From: Podospora anserina
Lineage: Eukaryota
Reading direction: 5' to 3'
NCBI GenBank assembly: GCA_017654855.1
Contig: CM030333.1
Coordinates: 4,216,001 to 4,280,000 of the forward strand
DNA length: 64,000 bases
In this document: positions 48,235 through 62,000 of the stretch, one piece after another
How the letters are laid out: each line of letters opens with the position of its first letter
Numbering within the stretch: position 1 is the first letter of the stretch
Notes under the pieces: model-generated
Database searches by the model: none
What the model was told of the DNA's origin: nothing
What the model saw: only the letters and a program-made list of their open reading frames with translations
Translations under genes and position numbers: made by a program

Positions 48235-51094
48235 CTAGCTGCCTCTCGGAGTCCCTCCAGTAGGCGCTTGACCTCCCGCTCCCGCCCCCCCGGCTCCTCC
48301 TCTCAAATTGATCTGCCCAATCCTCGACACAATATTACTCCCCACCGCGTCCACCGCCCCCCTCGGGCTCGTCAGGCTCGGTCCCTGAGGCGCCGTCTCC
48401 TGCACCCGGAAGAGCTTAATCTGCGTCGCGTTCCATATCCCCATCGTCCCCTTCGACACCTGCACCTCGCTCGCAAAAATAGACCCCCACAGCAGGCTCT
48501 CGTACCACCCCAGTGCCAGCGGCGACCACTCAAACGAGTGCACCCTCGCCGGGGTCTGGTCCACACCCACGAGCTGAATCTCCCTGATCTTGTCCAACGT
48601 CGCAGGCAGTGGCGGATCAGACGCGAAAGCCTGCCGTGGGATCAGAGCTGAAATCTGTTGGATCAACGTCAAGATGGTGTGCAGTGGCAACTCTGGAAGC
48701 CACGTCTCGATCCATTGCGTTGATGGCTCAAAGATGCCGGAGACTGACTGTGACATGCTGCCCAGGCTGGTCGTGCTGTTCTGACGCGAGAAGGTCTGCG
48801 CTCCCGCCGGCATTTTGCCTCTAGCTTTTTCCGACATGCCGCGCAGCTGTTTCGGTACATCATCATCGACCGGAGACGCGACAGAGGACGCCCGTGATGG
48901 ATTCTCACTGGGGCTGGAAGCCGCCGGTGTAGGCCGCTCCTCATCATCACTGTCGTCGTCATCATCGTCGCCGATAGCAAATGTCCCATCTTCCTCTGGA
49001 ACATCGCCCGGTGCGGGTGCTCGTGAGGAAAGTGTCACCGGGCTTCTCAGACTCTCGAGTGAACTTCTAGTTGAGTCGGCTTGTAGCGGGTCATTTGAAG
49101 CCCCAGAATCCTTCCTCCGTCGGTTACGTCTTTCCATTTCTTCATGCCCACTTTCCAGTGTAAATGATCGGAGGGCCTCGAACCTTTTCTTGTTTCTGAG
49201 TATCGCAAACACCAAGTGCGCGTTTTCTACGACACTGTCAGTATGCAATCTTGGACTCTTTTTTTTTGGCAACAATACTTACGGATGTATTGGTGTTCAA
49301 CGATCGAGTTGATCGCCTCCAACAATGACCGCAGTAACGAATGGTTGGTTTCATTGGCTAGGAGAAACGACGGCGAAGACATGGAGTTGAGCAGGTGCAT
49401 AATCTTGGAACAGGTAGGGGCGCTTAACCCATCCAGATAGGGCGCAATGTTGTTGATGATGGCCAGCAATGCCGGATAGATCGCTGTCAGTTTTCCCTGA
49501 CTGGTTGTGATGAGAGCATAAATGGACTGTTGTTGTCAGTACCTCAGTGTCTTGGACTGGATTTAGACCAAGCAAAACAACTCACCTGAATGAGAAAATC
49601 AGCATACGTCCCCCTGAACCCCGCAATCCGAATCGCGGGGGGCAGAGTGTCCTGGGCATCAAACGACTTGTTCAAGTTTGTCCCAAAGTTCTTCTCTACG
49701 CTCAGCGTCTGCAGCAAGAAGGCACACATCCTCACGACACCTTGCTTGGAAGCATCGTTCTTGTACTCCAAGGCGTAGAACAAAATCAAAATGACAAAAT
49801 CATAGGCCCTTCCTGTGTCGATCAGGAAAGACCTGAATCGCTTGTTACACTGGGTCACCTCCCAGAACAATATTATGATCTCAGGGGCAAAGCGGACAGC
49901 AGCGTGAGCGCCTGGAATGTACGACCCCTGAAGGGGTTGGTTCAGCACTCGGGTCATGCCGTCCACGATGAACTGAAAGTCTGAAGGCCTATGTAAGCGG
50001 CCTAGGTAGTGTCGGTAGTGGTTTTTTGGTGTCGGGAGTCCTGGGTTTTCTGGGATGGTGTATAGGAGGGTGGTTAGGAGGAATTGCAGGGTGGAGGTAA
50101 CCAAGAGCTGCTTGGGATGGTTGGGCACCAGGGCGTTGTAGGGTGCTAGCCAGGTAGCTGGGTTATATTTCAGAGTCTACATTCGTTAGTTGTGGTCGTT
50201 ATTCACAGTTCAAGCCTGGACATACCGTATTCAACAGCGAACAGAGCACCGAGAGAACCACCTGCTTGTCGGGACAAGTGCAGATATAGGTGAGAGCCTT
50301 GGTCCCCGTCTGAGGCAGCGTCGCCAAAGACAAGTACATGCTCTTGCTGGCTAGCGTCAAAAGCAACCGAAGTATCTCACACCGATTGCTCTCATGCTCT
50401 TTGGTCGTGGCGATAGGTACTGTACAGCCAACGCCGGTCTGCCAGATGCTATAAGTGACCTTGGGCTTGCCATTTGGCACCTTGGTGACCGTCAAATCGG
50501 AGAAAAAGAGCAGGTCGGTGACGGTATCGATCAGCTCCTCAGCCAGAGGTTTCGCATCCTCGTACTCCACCACCGGTGTCTTGGGTACACCGTCTGCGCC
50601 ATCAAACAGCACTTCACTCGCAATCGATGACTTTCTGGACCGTTTGCGCCGGGGAGCCCAGAGAAAGCTATCCTCCCAGTCCTGCAAGCTCTCCTTCTCG
50701 TAGATATAAGGCAGGACCCTCGTAAGAACGCGAACGCAGTTCAGCACCTCTCGATCTGGGGCAAGCTCGTGGTCGGGAAAGGACGGGTGGTGACGAAGCA
50801 TAAACAGGCGCCCGGTTACAGCTGTTATCAGCGTCTCCAGGTTCTCGAGCGCATTATCGCGGGTTCGTCGGACATCGGCCGGGGCAAAAAGACTGAAGAT
50901 GTCGTCCGAGGACTCGGGGAGCTCCCAGAACTGGTGTGCAGCAGGTGTGTTAGCGTGACGTATTGCCCTATCTAGCAGGCTGCTGGCTGTAAACGCACCT
51001 GAGCCCAGTATGGATCGTCAGCAGGAATATGGCGTTCCTCCGACAGTCTAAAGATGCCTTTCTTGAAGACTAGTTTGGAGTCGCTGGCACCCAT
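48235..51094 (-). CDS. HID1: HID1/Ecm30 (dymeclin-like) Golgi protein
   Basis: Myristoylation-type N-terminus MGASDSKLVFKKGIFRL; LNCVRVLTRVLPYIYE; IWQTGVG; C-terminal GIWNATQIKLF. Introns 50998-50931, 50225-50177, 49585-49527 and 49282-49227. Confidence 0.88.
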
Positions 51095-51540
51095 TTTGGC
51101 GGTTATGTTAGGTGCATAGCATCCCGTCGTTCGGGGGGGGAGTTGGATCGGGGATCGGGATCTGGATCGGGTGGTTTATAGCAGCATGTTCAGTACTTCA
51201 CAGTGACCGCTGTCAAGCGGACAAGCTGGGTTACATCACAGCGGGCCGCCCGCTGATAAGATCTACCATACATAACCCTAACATTATTTCATTTGCAGAG
51301 CTTATCCCCGCTAAGTGCATATCAATCTGGCCTCAAGAGAACCTCCATTGTTAGCAGCCTCCGGCGCAACACCAAGCTTTCCCTTTGCGATATCCCCACG
51401 TTTCAACATCCAGTGCGCAAACACCACCACCCCCCCAACCAGCAAATGAACCCCCCGAGGTGACACCCTTATTCTCACCCAGGGAATCGACTCAATTCCC
51501 TTCCCAACCCACCGCGCAAGAGCGCACCCACCACATCACA

Positions 51541-52281
51541 ATGTACTCCTCCCTCGTCCGCCTCCAAAACACCTTCGGCTTCTTCACCACCGTCGCCTTC
51601 GTCGTCGCCCTCCTAATCTCCGCCTCCGACTTCCTGTCCCCCCGCACCCCCACCGTCAACGTCCTCAAAACAACCCAGCTCCAAACGGTGAAAGGCCGTG
51701 CGGATTACTACTCGTCCAAAAAGGAAGAATACGCCATCATCAAATTCACCCTTGACGCCGACCTCTCCTCCCTCTTCACCTGGAACACAAAGCAAGTCTT
51801 TGCCTACGTCACGGCCGAGTGGCCCTCGGCCCAAAACAACAATGCGACCAACCAGGCCGTGATCTGGGACACGATCATCACGGCGCCGAGCAGTGACCAT
51901 TTGGGGAATTTTAGCCCCTCGAAGCTTAAGAGGTTGAGGAAGAGCGCCAATGGGAAGGGGATTGATCCTAGCCGGTAGGCGCCATCTCTCTTTTTTAAGT
52001 AGCAGCAATGGGATTGCTAACGACTCAACAGCGGCAAACTCCAACTCAAGAACCAGCGCCTCAAGTACCCCCTCACCCACCCGACAGGCAGGCTCGCCAA
52101 CACAGAAGACGTCCAGCTCAAGCTTCACTACAACGTCCAGCCCTGGGTTGGTTTCCTGTCATGGAACCAGGCCCAGGACTGGGGCAAGTGGAAGGCGCTG
52201 AAGAATGGGCTGAGCAAGAAGTTTACGCTCCCAGCTATCAAGGTGAAGGAGCAGGCCAAGAAGAAGACCACAAGGGCTTAG
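51541..52281 (+). CDS. SPC3: Signal peptidase complex subunit SPC3/SPC22
   Basis: MYSSLVRLQNTFGFFTTVAF; FTLDADLSSLFTWNTKQVFAYVTAEW; NQAVIWDTII; intron 51975-52031; KNQRLKY..LHYNVQPWVGFL. Confidence 0.92.
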
Positions 52282-52641
52282 GGGATCTAGCTTTTGTTGG
52301 GACGAAAAATGGAGTTATTGATTTAGCTATTTGGGGGTTTGCTTCAATTCATTGCCGGTTTTGACATCTCATTTCCTCACAGGCGCTCATAGAGTGTGAA
52401 GTTGATCACTATTCAAGCCCACACCATGAAAAATATATACACACTGTATGGGAAAAGTTAACAAAACCCAATCACAAAACGATTCATAAATGCTATGCCA
52501 ATCAAAACACACAATTCCCCTTTGCTCCTATACCACCCCCCTTCCCTCCGTGTTGATCCTATTCCTAAACTCCTCTCCTCCCTACTTTTCATCCCAACTC
52601 CCCGACTCCCCGACCTACATGTCCCTTTCCCGTACAGCCAC

Positions 52642-53534
52642 TCAGAAACCATCCTGCCTCAACCAACTGCTACTACTCCCCCTCCTCCCCCTCTCATACA
52701 ACCACTTGCTATTCAACGCCACACTGCTCCTCTTCCCATTCACCGGCGTCGGCGTATGCAGATAACTATCCCTCACACTATCCCCAAAACTCCCCGTCGA
52801 GCTCGCAAAGCTGTTGTTGCTCGTCGTGCTGCTCGCGAAGCTCATGGTAGAACTATTCAGACTATTGCTGAAGCTTCCCCTCCTCCCGGTATTTTGCGTT
52901 GCCTTTTGCAGGAGAGGGCTGACCAAATTGGCGGCTTTGGTCGGGGAGGGTGAGTAATTCCCCAAGGGGGTGCTGCGGTTGGACAAGGGGGAGGAGGTGT
53001 AAGAACCGGAGGGGGAGCCGGCTATGGAGGGGGTGCGGGAGTATTTCGGGGGGGTTGAGATGTCCGAGGCGGGGGTGGGGGGTGCTCTGATGGGGGGAAG
53101 GCCGAGGAGGTCGCGCTGGGCGGGGGTGAGGGGTATGTCGGAGAGGTCGTCCTTGGGGCGGACTAAGGGGAGGAGGGCGAGGAGGATGTTGAAGAGGGGG
53201 ATTAGGAGGAGGGTTAGGGGGATGTAAGAACCGTAGGGGAGTTTTTCTCTAGGGAGAGGGGGTTAGTAGGTTGAAAAAGGGAGGGTTCGAGGGGGAAAAC
53301 GTACAGTCTTATCGGGAGGTGCGGAAGAAGAAATCTTCTCAGGACTTGAACGCCGGCAATTGCGACGACATTATAGACGATTTGCAGGACGTTCTTTTGG
53401 GAGAAGGTGGTTCTGGCTTGGCGCTCTGTGATCTCGGCCAGGCGAGGGTGTTTCCAGTTGCCGGGGCTTTCTGTAAAGGCGGATGGGGACGAGATTTGCT
53501 TTGTGGGCGTCGATCTGACGGGTGTTAGGGACAT
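52642..53534 (-). CDS. POM34: Nuclear pore membrane protein, POM34-like
   Basis: ESPGNWKHPRLAEI; two hydrophobic segments; PLVRPKDDLSDIPLTPAQRDLLGLPP after intron 53304-53249; C-terminal SVALNSKWLYE. Confidence 0.75.
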
Positions 53535-54167
53535 AATGGGCGCTCAATGGGCGGCGACACTCGGTCGGAGGAACTGTCTCGCGATGGTTGGCGATGCGGT
53601 AAGATGCGCTCAGTGTTTTGAGAGCTGTAAATATCGTCAGAGCTATGTTGATTAGAAGTTCATGTCGCGATTGTCGTGGCGACGGCGGTCTATAGTTGTT
53701 GACCCCTGTTGATAGTGGTGGTTAGTAAGATGCGAACAGCCGCTCCCTCCTTGCGTCTCGACTTCCCGTGTGTCCGCTCACTGTTCTGGGCAAAAAGTGA
53801 CGGTCGCGTCAAAACATTGAATCCAGGTCCCCAGTTCTCCAGGTCGATGCAAACGGGTTGCAGGGGTCCTGGCAGCTGTGAGACTTGGCATTTGCAGCTG
53901 TCTGTTTCCGGCAGGCACAACAGAGCTCCCCCCGCCATCGCGCATTTCCAAGCAACCGCCCCGCCCCCGTGTCCTGTCCGGCCCAAAACCTCCAGCTCGC
54001 ACCAAGGTCCCGGATCTCCACCCGTCCCGGCCCGGCTGCATCTTCCAGACACTAACGAACAGGGCCCCTTACACCACCAGCGCGGGGGGCCACAACTTTT
54101 GTCTTCTTTGCATCACAAACCAACACAGCACAGTACAGCACAGCACAATCAAAGCCCCTCGCCCAAC

Positions 54168-55954
54168 ATGGGGACCTTTGATAACCTGCTGCTACAGCTT
54201 GACGAGGGCGTCACAGGCCTCTTCAAGCAGTGGAATATCTGGACCAGTCTCATCGTCACCCTCTTCGCCGGCCTCATCACCTACCAGGTCTCGACCCGCC
54301 AAGATCCCGATATTCACCCCTTCCTCCTCGCTCGTCAGTCCCAGGCTTCCCCTGTCCGCCAGCCCAAAGAATCCTCCGTCTACCGGCCTCAAGCTGCCCC
54401 CCATGGTCTGTCTCTTCACACCGGCTTAAACGTCAAGGACCCCGGCGCCAACAAGTGGGCGAGGGGCCGTGATGGTGATCTCAGGGATATCTGGCGGCAG
54501 ACCCTCGCCGGCGTCCAAGAAGGTGACGACAAGGGCGCAAAGGGCCGTATCCTCACCGTCGAGGGCACCGAGAACGTCAAAGAGCACCATCTCGACGCTC
54601 TTACTCGGCAAATCAACCTCATCGGCCAGCATCTTGTCGACCAAGGTGGCAACCACGTGGCCGTCTACCTGCCCAACTCTGTCGAGTTGATCGTTACCCT
54701 TTTTGCCTGTGCCTTCTACAACTTGAACGCTATCATCCTCCCCTTCAACCAACCCGACGCCGCCGTCATCGACATGCTCCGCCGTTCCGCCGCCGACACG
54801 GTCATCACCGCCCCTGGATCTTTCCCTTTTGACGTCGTGGTTAAGAACTACCCCTCCCTCCGCCAACTGGTGTGGGTGGTCGACGAAGGAAGCAAACACA
54901 TGGACTGGAACGAAGTACCCCAGGGCACCGGCAGCAAAGTCAATGTTGCCACCTGGCAAGACATCATCAGCGACTCCCCCGTCGAAGCAGGCAAGACCCT
55001 CCCCCCTCTTGAGGACCAGTCCGAACCAAAAGACATCACCCTCTTCTGGCAACAAGGCCCCGGGCAGGAAGAGGAAATGGTCAAGTTCACCACAGGCAAC
55101 ATCGTCTCCGCCATTGCAGCCCAGCTAACCGCCATCCCCACCGCCCGCCGTCTCAGCCCCTCGGATCTTTTCCTCCCTGCGGACTCGCTGGCAAACTCGC
55201 ACACTTTGGTTCTCACCCTCACGGCTCTGTTTTCCAATTCCTCGGTTGCGTTCAACTCTTCCGCGTCCGAAGCGCCCTCTTTGTCTGCGATCCTCAGCTC
55301 TCCGGCCGTTTCTCCTACTGTCATAGCTGTCACACCTTCTGCTCTGTCCCAAACTCACAAGGAGGTCTCGTCTGCTCTCAAGTCATCAACCATAGGCAAG
55401 GACCTCCACTGGCTTTTGTCTCGGTCCTTGGCCGAAAGTGGTGCTTTCCCCGAGAGTGGGTTTCTGACCAACTATTACAACCAAGCTTTCCGTCCCAAGT
55501 TTTCGGGCGGAAAGAAGTTGAGGTTGGTGTACACTGCTGAGAGGATTAACGGGGGTGGGAAGGTGAGGTTGAGCGGGGAGGAGCTGAATGATTTGAGGTT
55601 GTATACCGGTGCGAGGGTGGTGTACGCGTTGACGGCGGCGAGGGTTGCGGGCGCGGTGTGTCAGACGAATGTGTATGATTATCGGGGAGGGGAGCACTTT
55701 GGGCCGCCGGTGGCAAGTGTGGAGGTTGTGTTGAGGGATAAGGGGGGGGTGAGGAATAGTGATGAGGAGTCGCAAGGAGAGGTGAGTTTTGAAAAAAAAA
55801 ATTGAAAAAAAGAAAAAAAAATGAAACCCGAGAGAATATGGTTTGCTGACAAAGATGATAGATTGTGGTCAGGGGCCCGGCTGTTGCTGGAAAAGAAGCT
55901 GGGTTGGGGGTTGTGGCGAGGGTGAGGGAGGATCATACTGTTGCGTTGATTTAG
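54168..55954 (+). CDS. Membrane-anchored long-chain acyl-CoA-synthetase-like (ANL fold) protein lacking the AMP-binding P-loop
   Basis: N-terminal hydrophobic anchor; VAVYLPNSVELIVTLFAC; FTTGNIVSAI; HFGPPVASVEVVLRD..GE, intron 55782-55861, then IVVRGPAV; TAG at 55954. Confidence 0.75.
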
Positions 55955-56185
55955 GGGGGGGTGTGGTAAGTGATGGTTTTTGTTTGAATTCTGGAGAAAG
56001 TGATTTGTACATGCTTGCATAGCACAGGCACAATTTGGAATGAACAACAGTCTTTAGGTAGACAATGACAGCAGCATAGATGGGAAATAAATCAGATATT
56101 TTTTGCTCGTGGTATCCTTCAATGCTAATCCTCGCGCCCTGCGCCCATATTTATGCCCAACATAAATGACCAAAAAACACACACA

Positions 56186-58407
56186 TTAAGCCCCGTTCCT
56201 ATACACCATCGCCCCCTGGTTCCTAAACATAATCGTATCCCTCCTCTGCATCATCATCAACGCCCTATTCAGCGCCGCCTCGCTATACCCCTTATTCTCC
56301 ACCATCTCCCTCCTCAAGCTCGCCAGACTAGTGCTCCACCCAATCGCCAATCTCCTCTTCAGCTCCGACTCCACACGGGCGACCTCCTCGTTGAGCTCCC
56401 GGGATCCTTGGTTAGAACCCTGGTTGACCGCGTCCATGGTCGAGCAGAGGAACAGCCTGATCGCCTCGTCAACGTGCTCTTCTGTCGCGACGGGGGAGAG
56501 GGAGAGCTTGGCGAGGGACTCGGTGATGCGGACGATGGCCTCGAGCTGGCGGACGGTGATGGGGATGGAGGACCGGGCGTTGGCTTCGAGTTCCGAGGCG
56601 TGGACTTGCTTGCGGATGGCGACAAAGTGGGACGAAAGCTTCTCTGCTGCCGCGTCCGAGAGGCGGGGGGCGCAGCGGCTACACGGGGAAGTTAGTATTG
56701 CGAGGGCAAAAAAGGGGGAAAAGGGGGGACATACCTCTTGCAGTAGCTGATATACCTCCTCATCTTCTCAACAGGAATCTCGCTCTCCACCGCCCTCTCA
56801 TCCTGCATCCCCCTCCCGCCCATGTGAATGCCCATTACATGCTTGGCTATTCTTTCGTCCTTGCCCCGTTCGTGCTCATCCTTGACGATGAAAATCATGT
56901 CAAACCTCGACAGAATCGTCGTCTGAAAGTCAATATTCTCACCAGGGGTCTTCATATCATCATACCGCCCAAAAATAGGGTTCGCCGCCGCCAACACCGA
57001 CGTCCTGGCGTTGAGAATGGTGGTGATGCCGGCCTTGGCAATGGAAATAGTCTGTTGCTCCATGGCTTCGTGGATGGCTACTCTGTCTTCGTCTCTCATC
57101 TTGTCGAACTCGTCGATGCACACCACACCGCCGTCGGCCAGGACCATGGCTCCGCCTTCGAGGTAGAATTCCCTCGTTGACTGATCACGCTGGACGGAAG
57201 CGGTTAAACCTGCTGCCGAAGAGCCCTTGCCCGAGGTGTAAATCGCGATGGGGGCGGCTTGCTGGACGAATTTCAGGAGCTGCGACTTGGCTGTACCGGG
57301 GTCGCCGAGCATGAGGACGTTGATGTCACCACGGAGCTTCATGCCATCTGGCAGAATCTTCTTGCTGCCGCCCATCAGGAGGCACAAAATAGCCTTTTTG
57401 ATATCGCGGTTGCCGTAGATGGAGGGAGCGATGCAATCAGTCATGACATTGTACAGATCTGGGCGGCGGGAGAGTTCAAGAAACTCTTGCTCCTCCTCTT
57501 CGGAAAATACGGCCTGGCCCTTGGCGGTTGAGTCGATGTCGGTCTGGATGCCCACTGCGCGGAGGTAAGGGGTGCGGATGGCCACGGCGCCAGAGGTGTT
57601 TTTGGAGCCTTTGGATTGGTAGATGGAGAAGATGCCCATTACTGTGCATCTGGATCCGGGGACGACACGGTTGGTGAGGTAGCGGTCGGCAGAGATCAAG
57701 ACATGGCGGGGGAGTTCACCGACCGGGACTTGGTCGGGTGCCTCCTGGAGTTTGATGATTTGCTGGTCGACGAATTTGGACTTTTCGTGAACGACAAAGT
57801 AGGGGTCCATGGGACACTTCTCGGTTGGGTCATTTGGGACGCGAGCGCGGCCGCATGTTCGGGGGAGAGTGACGCCGCTGAAACCGCCGGATACGTGAAG
57901 ATCTTGTGCGTGCTTGCATGTTCGGCATTCGATGTGGACTTCTGTCGCCTTTGAGGACATGACCGAAGCACCAATGACGATACCTGGTACTCTGACCAGC
58001 CTCGAGATGGTGAGGGAGTCCAGGTTACGGATGGAAATATCTTCGGCATTCGAGTGAAGGAGGAGTTGGTGAGGCGGGATCTTGACATTTGAGTCGTGAG
58101 GGAAAACAATTCGATGGGTACACCGCTGCAGGGCGAGCTCGAAGAGGGGGATGATTTCTGCTGGCTCCGTCACCAGTTTGTGGGCAATCTCTTCGTTGAA
58201 CTTGATCAGGTCGCCGATGTTGACATCGCAAAAGTATGTTTTCAGCAGCGCATGGTCGCGCAGTTGATCTCTGTAAATGTAGACATTATCGAGTCTGAAG
58301 TCGAGAATAAAGGCCTCGAGAAGGGCGCGGATGGCACTGTTGGAGTCTTCATTTTCGGCAAATGGATCATTGTACACCCTGCTGGCAAAAACGGATTGGC
58401 GATCCAT
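56186..58407 (-). CDS. MCM5: DNA replication licensing factor MCM5
   Basis: MDRQSVF start; [17 protein letters not shown]; Walker [24 protein letters not shown]. Intron 56734-56679, then [19 protein letters not shown]. Confidence 0.96.
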
Positions 58408-58534
58408 GTTGATGAAGACTTGTTGGTGGTGGTGGTGGTGGTGAGGTAATGGCGGGCGGTGAAGTTGAGAGTATCTAGAGCTATGGAGGGGCCAAAAGTT
58501 GAGATGTCTACAAAAAGAATCAGGGGTTTGAAAA

Positions 58535-58563
58535 GTCGCGTCGCGTCGCGGCCCAAAGCGCGT
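58535..58563. promoter_or_regulatory. Cluster of CGCG/MCB-like elements upstream of MCM5
   Basis: gtcgcgtcgcgtcgcg..gcgcgt, about 130-155 nt upstream of the MCM5 ATG. Confidence 0.6.
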
Positions 58564-59068
58564 CGTTATTCTAGTAGCGATGGGTTTAATTGCCCCGGTA
58601 AAGGCAGGGTACCCAGCTTGTCGGGTCTGCCAAGGCCAATCGGATAAAGAAATAGACCCCGTTATGCTGTTAGATGATGTGGCCTATGCACGTACCAAGC
58701 TACCTTAAGCGTATGCCTGTGAATTGGTGATGGGAACGCATTTGGCAGGCTACTCCTAGCCATCTCTCAGCATCTTCCTGTGACGACGACGGCTCTACGA
58801 CCTGCCCTGAAGCTCGAAAAGGCATTCGTTACTGACCTCCTCCTGACCATATACTCGGCGACGACATACGACCCCGTTTTTGGAGCATTGCCGCGCTTTC
58901 ATCTGTTGTATCTGTCCTGTCAGCTACAGCATGATACCCCGGTGATCTGTCAGCTTCGCAACTGTTGTTAGTTAGGGGATGCACCTTGGAACCCCTGGAT
59001 GGTCTCCAGCAAGATCATAACTTCGCCTTGCGGCCGGGGAACATCAGTGGGGTTGCGCATCCATCATC

Positions 59069-62000
59069 ATGTTCTCAAACCAGGGTGGGCGCAAGTCGGT
59101 CGATAGCTTGTCGTCGACATTGTCCGCCGGCCATCGAACGGAGTTCCCATTTCACGGGTATGCGCTTACCCCCTGTCTCCCACTGCGCGGCCGCCGGTCC
59201 ACAGCTAACAGCTTGACAGCAAAGGACCGAGCAGCCCACAACGCCAACGTAGAGACTCGACAGCAAGCTCCATCTATTCGGTGGGCGGATCGCTGGACGC
59301 CTCCGCCGGTTGGACCAGCGCCGTCTTCGAATCGGGTCAGAATGCCATCTCCACGCTGTTGCAACCCCCTATAGTCCGGACAGGCCTGCTTCCACATACG
59401 AGCGCCCCTGCTTCGAGCGCGCACAAACCTCCGACCGCCCGAGACATACCTCCCGTGACACTTACGAATGTACCCCACGTCGATGCTTCCGAGTTCAGAC
59501 CATACCTCTCCCAGGTTGGGGCGTTATATGAGCAGTTGCGGCGAATCCAAGCCGAGGAAGACGAGAATGCGAACGCCTCGAACCGACGAAGCACCAAAGC
59601 TGACGAGGCGCCCGAAACCCCGGTGGACGAGGGTCATTTGCGCCCTGCAAGACGGCCTGGCTTGTCGTCGAGGAGAACTTCGACTGCATCCATCTCGTCC
59701 CTCACCTCGATAGACTCGCCCACTCTTCCTCGGCGGCCCAGTTCCGGTCTCAGAACCCGACAAGCGCAGGGACCACCACCTTTGTCGACCGTTCCCGCTG
59801 TATATTTTGAGGAGGACTTTCACCTTGAGAATCCACGGACTTTTGATGTAGTCAGCGAGCGATCCGAGGTGGTAAGGCCCGCGCCGGGGGATGATAAAGG
59901 GGGACCGAATGGACAAGCTGCGGCGCCTCGGAAGGCTCTAGCGACCAATGCGATCTTACAGGAGAAGCTCTCGTGGTATATGGATACGATTGAATGGCAT
60001 CTGATTCAGTCCATCTCGACGGCATCAACGACTTTTTTCAGTGCGCTGGGTTCTCTGCGGGAACTGCACTCGGAAGCGGCCGACTCAGTAGAGAGGATCA
60101 AGGCACTGCGCAAGGAGCTGGAAAACCTAGACGAAGAGATTGCTACAGGGGGGCTCAACATCATACAACAACGGCGGAGGAGGGAAAATCTGAAGCAGTT
60201 ACACGACGCCGTCACACAACTCCGGAAAATAGTAGACGGTGTTGCCGTCTGCGAGTCCCTTGTGGATGCTGGAAACATCGATGAAGCTTTGGACAACATC
60301 GATGGCTTGGAGAAGCTCATCGCTGGCGAATTGCCCGAGGGTGGCAGTCAGTCTGGAGTGAGTCTGGTGGACCTGCGGGGTGCCACAGCTCTCCAGGGCG
60401 TGAGCAACGATTTGTCTACTCTGCGATTCCGGATCGGAAAGGCATATGAAGGAAGGTTTCTCAACACTCTGCTTACGGATCTCCAAAACCACGTCAAACA
60501 GGTGTCTGCGCAGGAGGTGCTCATGCGTTGGAGTAGTGCTTCGATGCGAGCCCGCGGCGCCCACAGTCGTGAACCATCGGCGTTCCCGTCTTATATGGCG
60601 GCGACAGACATTCTGAGGATAGAGCTGTTGCCTAGTCTGACGGGGCTGCATCGGGCCAAGTTCATCACTGTGGCCGCGACTGCATATCGCGAGGCAGCGA
60701 TGAAGGAGATCAAAGCCATCATCCGACGGCCGCTGCCTAGCTCCAGCGATGACGACGACACGGCGTCGATGATGTCGATGCAGTCCAGCTCGACGATGAA
60801 CCGAGGCGCCAGTCCGCGGACTCAGCAGGACCGGTCCATACAGTTGGCTAGAAACCTGCGAGCATTGGACCCTCTGGATGCCGAAACCTTGCTGGTAAAG
60901 ATCTACATTGGTGTTACGGAGGCTCTCAGGAGATTGAGCACGCAGATGAAGGTCTTGTTGGATGTTGCAAGCACGATAGGCGACGCAGGTCCATCCGGGC
61001 TGAAGTCGCCACCGCTCAGGTCGCCCCCTATGAGTCCTCCAGCAAGACCACCATCGAGAGCTGCGGTCGAGGCCCAGGAGGAGATCCATGCGGCTGTGGA
61101 TATTTCCAATTTTCTCGGGCAAGCGATTGACGCAGCTCAGGAAAAGATTGTCAAGGTGCTTCGGGTACGGTCTGAGCAGAGCAAACGGCTGGATCTTGTC
61201 TCCTTCCTGCGGTACTTTACCCTCAACCTTTACTTTGCCAACGAGTGCGAGGCCATATCTGGACGGAGCGGCACGGCACTGAAGACGCTAGTCAATGGTC
61301 ACATCACAGACTTTGTCAAACTCCACGGCGACGCACAAACTCAAAAGCTCGCCCAGGGCATGGAGTCAGACCAGTGGAACGCGGCTGACTTCACCGAGAA
61401 GGACACGGACCTGCTGAGTCGGATTCTCGAGTGCAGCACCAGAGATGCTGCCGCGTGGACGGAGGGCACGCAGGTCTGGCATCCCCATCCGGACGCGCCG
61501 CAGGAAAGGAGCGAGGCCAACGGCGGAGGAGATGAACCAGACGTCGTATCCGCCCAAGCAAACGGCGGCGGCAGCCCTGCTGCCACGAGAAGCAGAACCC
61601 GCAGCGCTGTAATCGAATCCGAGTCTTACCTCCTCCCCAACTCGGCCATCCTCTGCATGACGGGCATGGAGAATTTCTTGCAGCTCATCACCTCGATCCC
61701 GTCCATGACAACGGACATTTCGTCGTCCCTCATCGCCTACCTCCAGCTTTTCAACTCGAGGTGCAAGCAGCTCATCCTGGGCGCGGGAGCGACTCGGTCT
61801 GCTGGGCTGAGAAACATCACGACCAAGCACCTCGCTCTCGCGTCCCAGGCGCTGGCTTTCATGGCGGCTATCATCCCGCATGTTCGGGAGTTTGTCCGGA
61901 GGCACTGCGCCGGGTCGGTGGTTACGTCTACGATGGGGGAGTTTGACAAGGTGAGGAGGGACTTGATGGAGCATCAGAATAGTATTTATGACAAGCTGGT

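Noticed and set aside
51385-51540. TTG-started N-terminal extension of SPC3
   Set aside because: The SPC3 family begins at MYS..; the upstream part resembles a C-rich 5' UTR.
53709-54167. 153-codon open frame upstream of the ACS-like ATG
   Set aside because: Overlaps the divergent POM34 promoter, looks unstructured, and ATG 54168 has a good context (caacATGg) just before the membrane anchor. An N-terminal extension is not excluded.
58845-58880. acatacgacc resembling a 5S rRNA 5' end
   Set aside because: The rest of the 5S sequence and the internal A/C boxes are absent.
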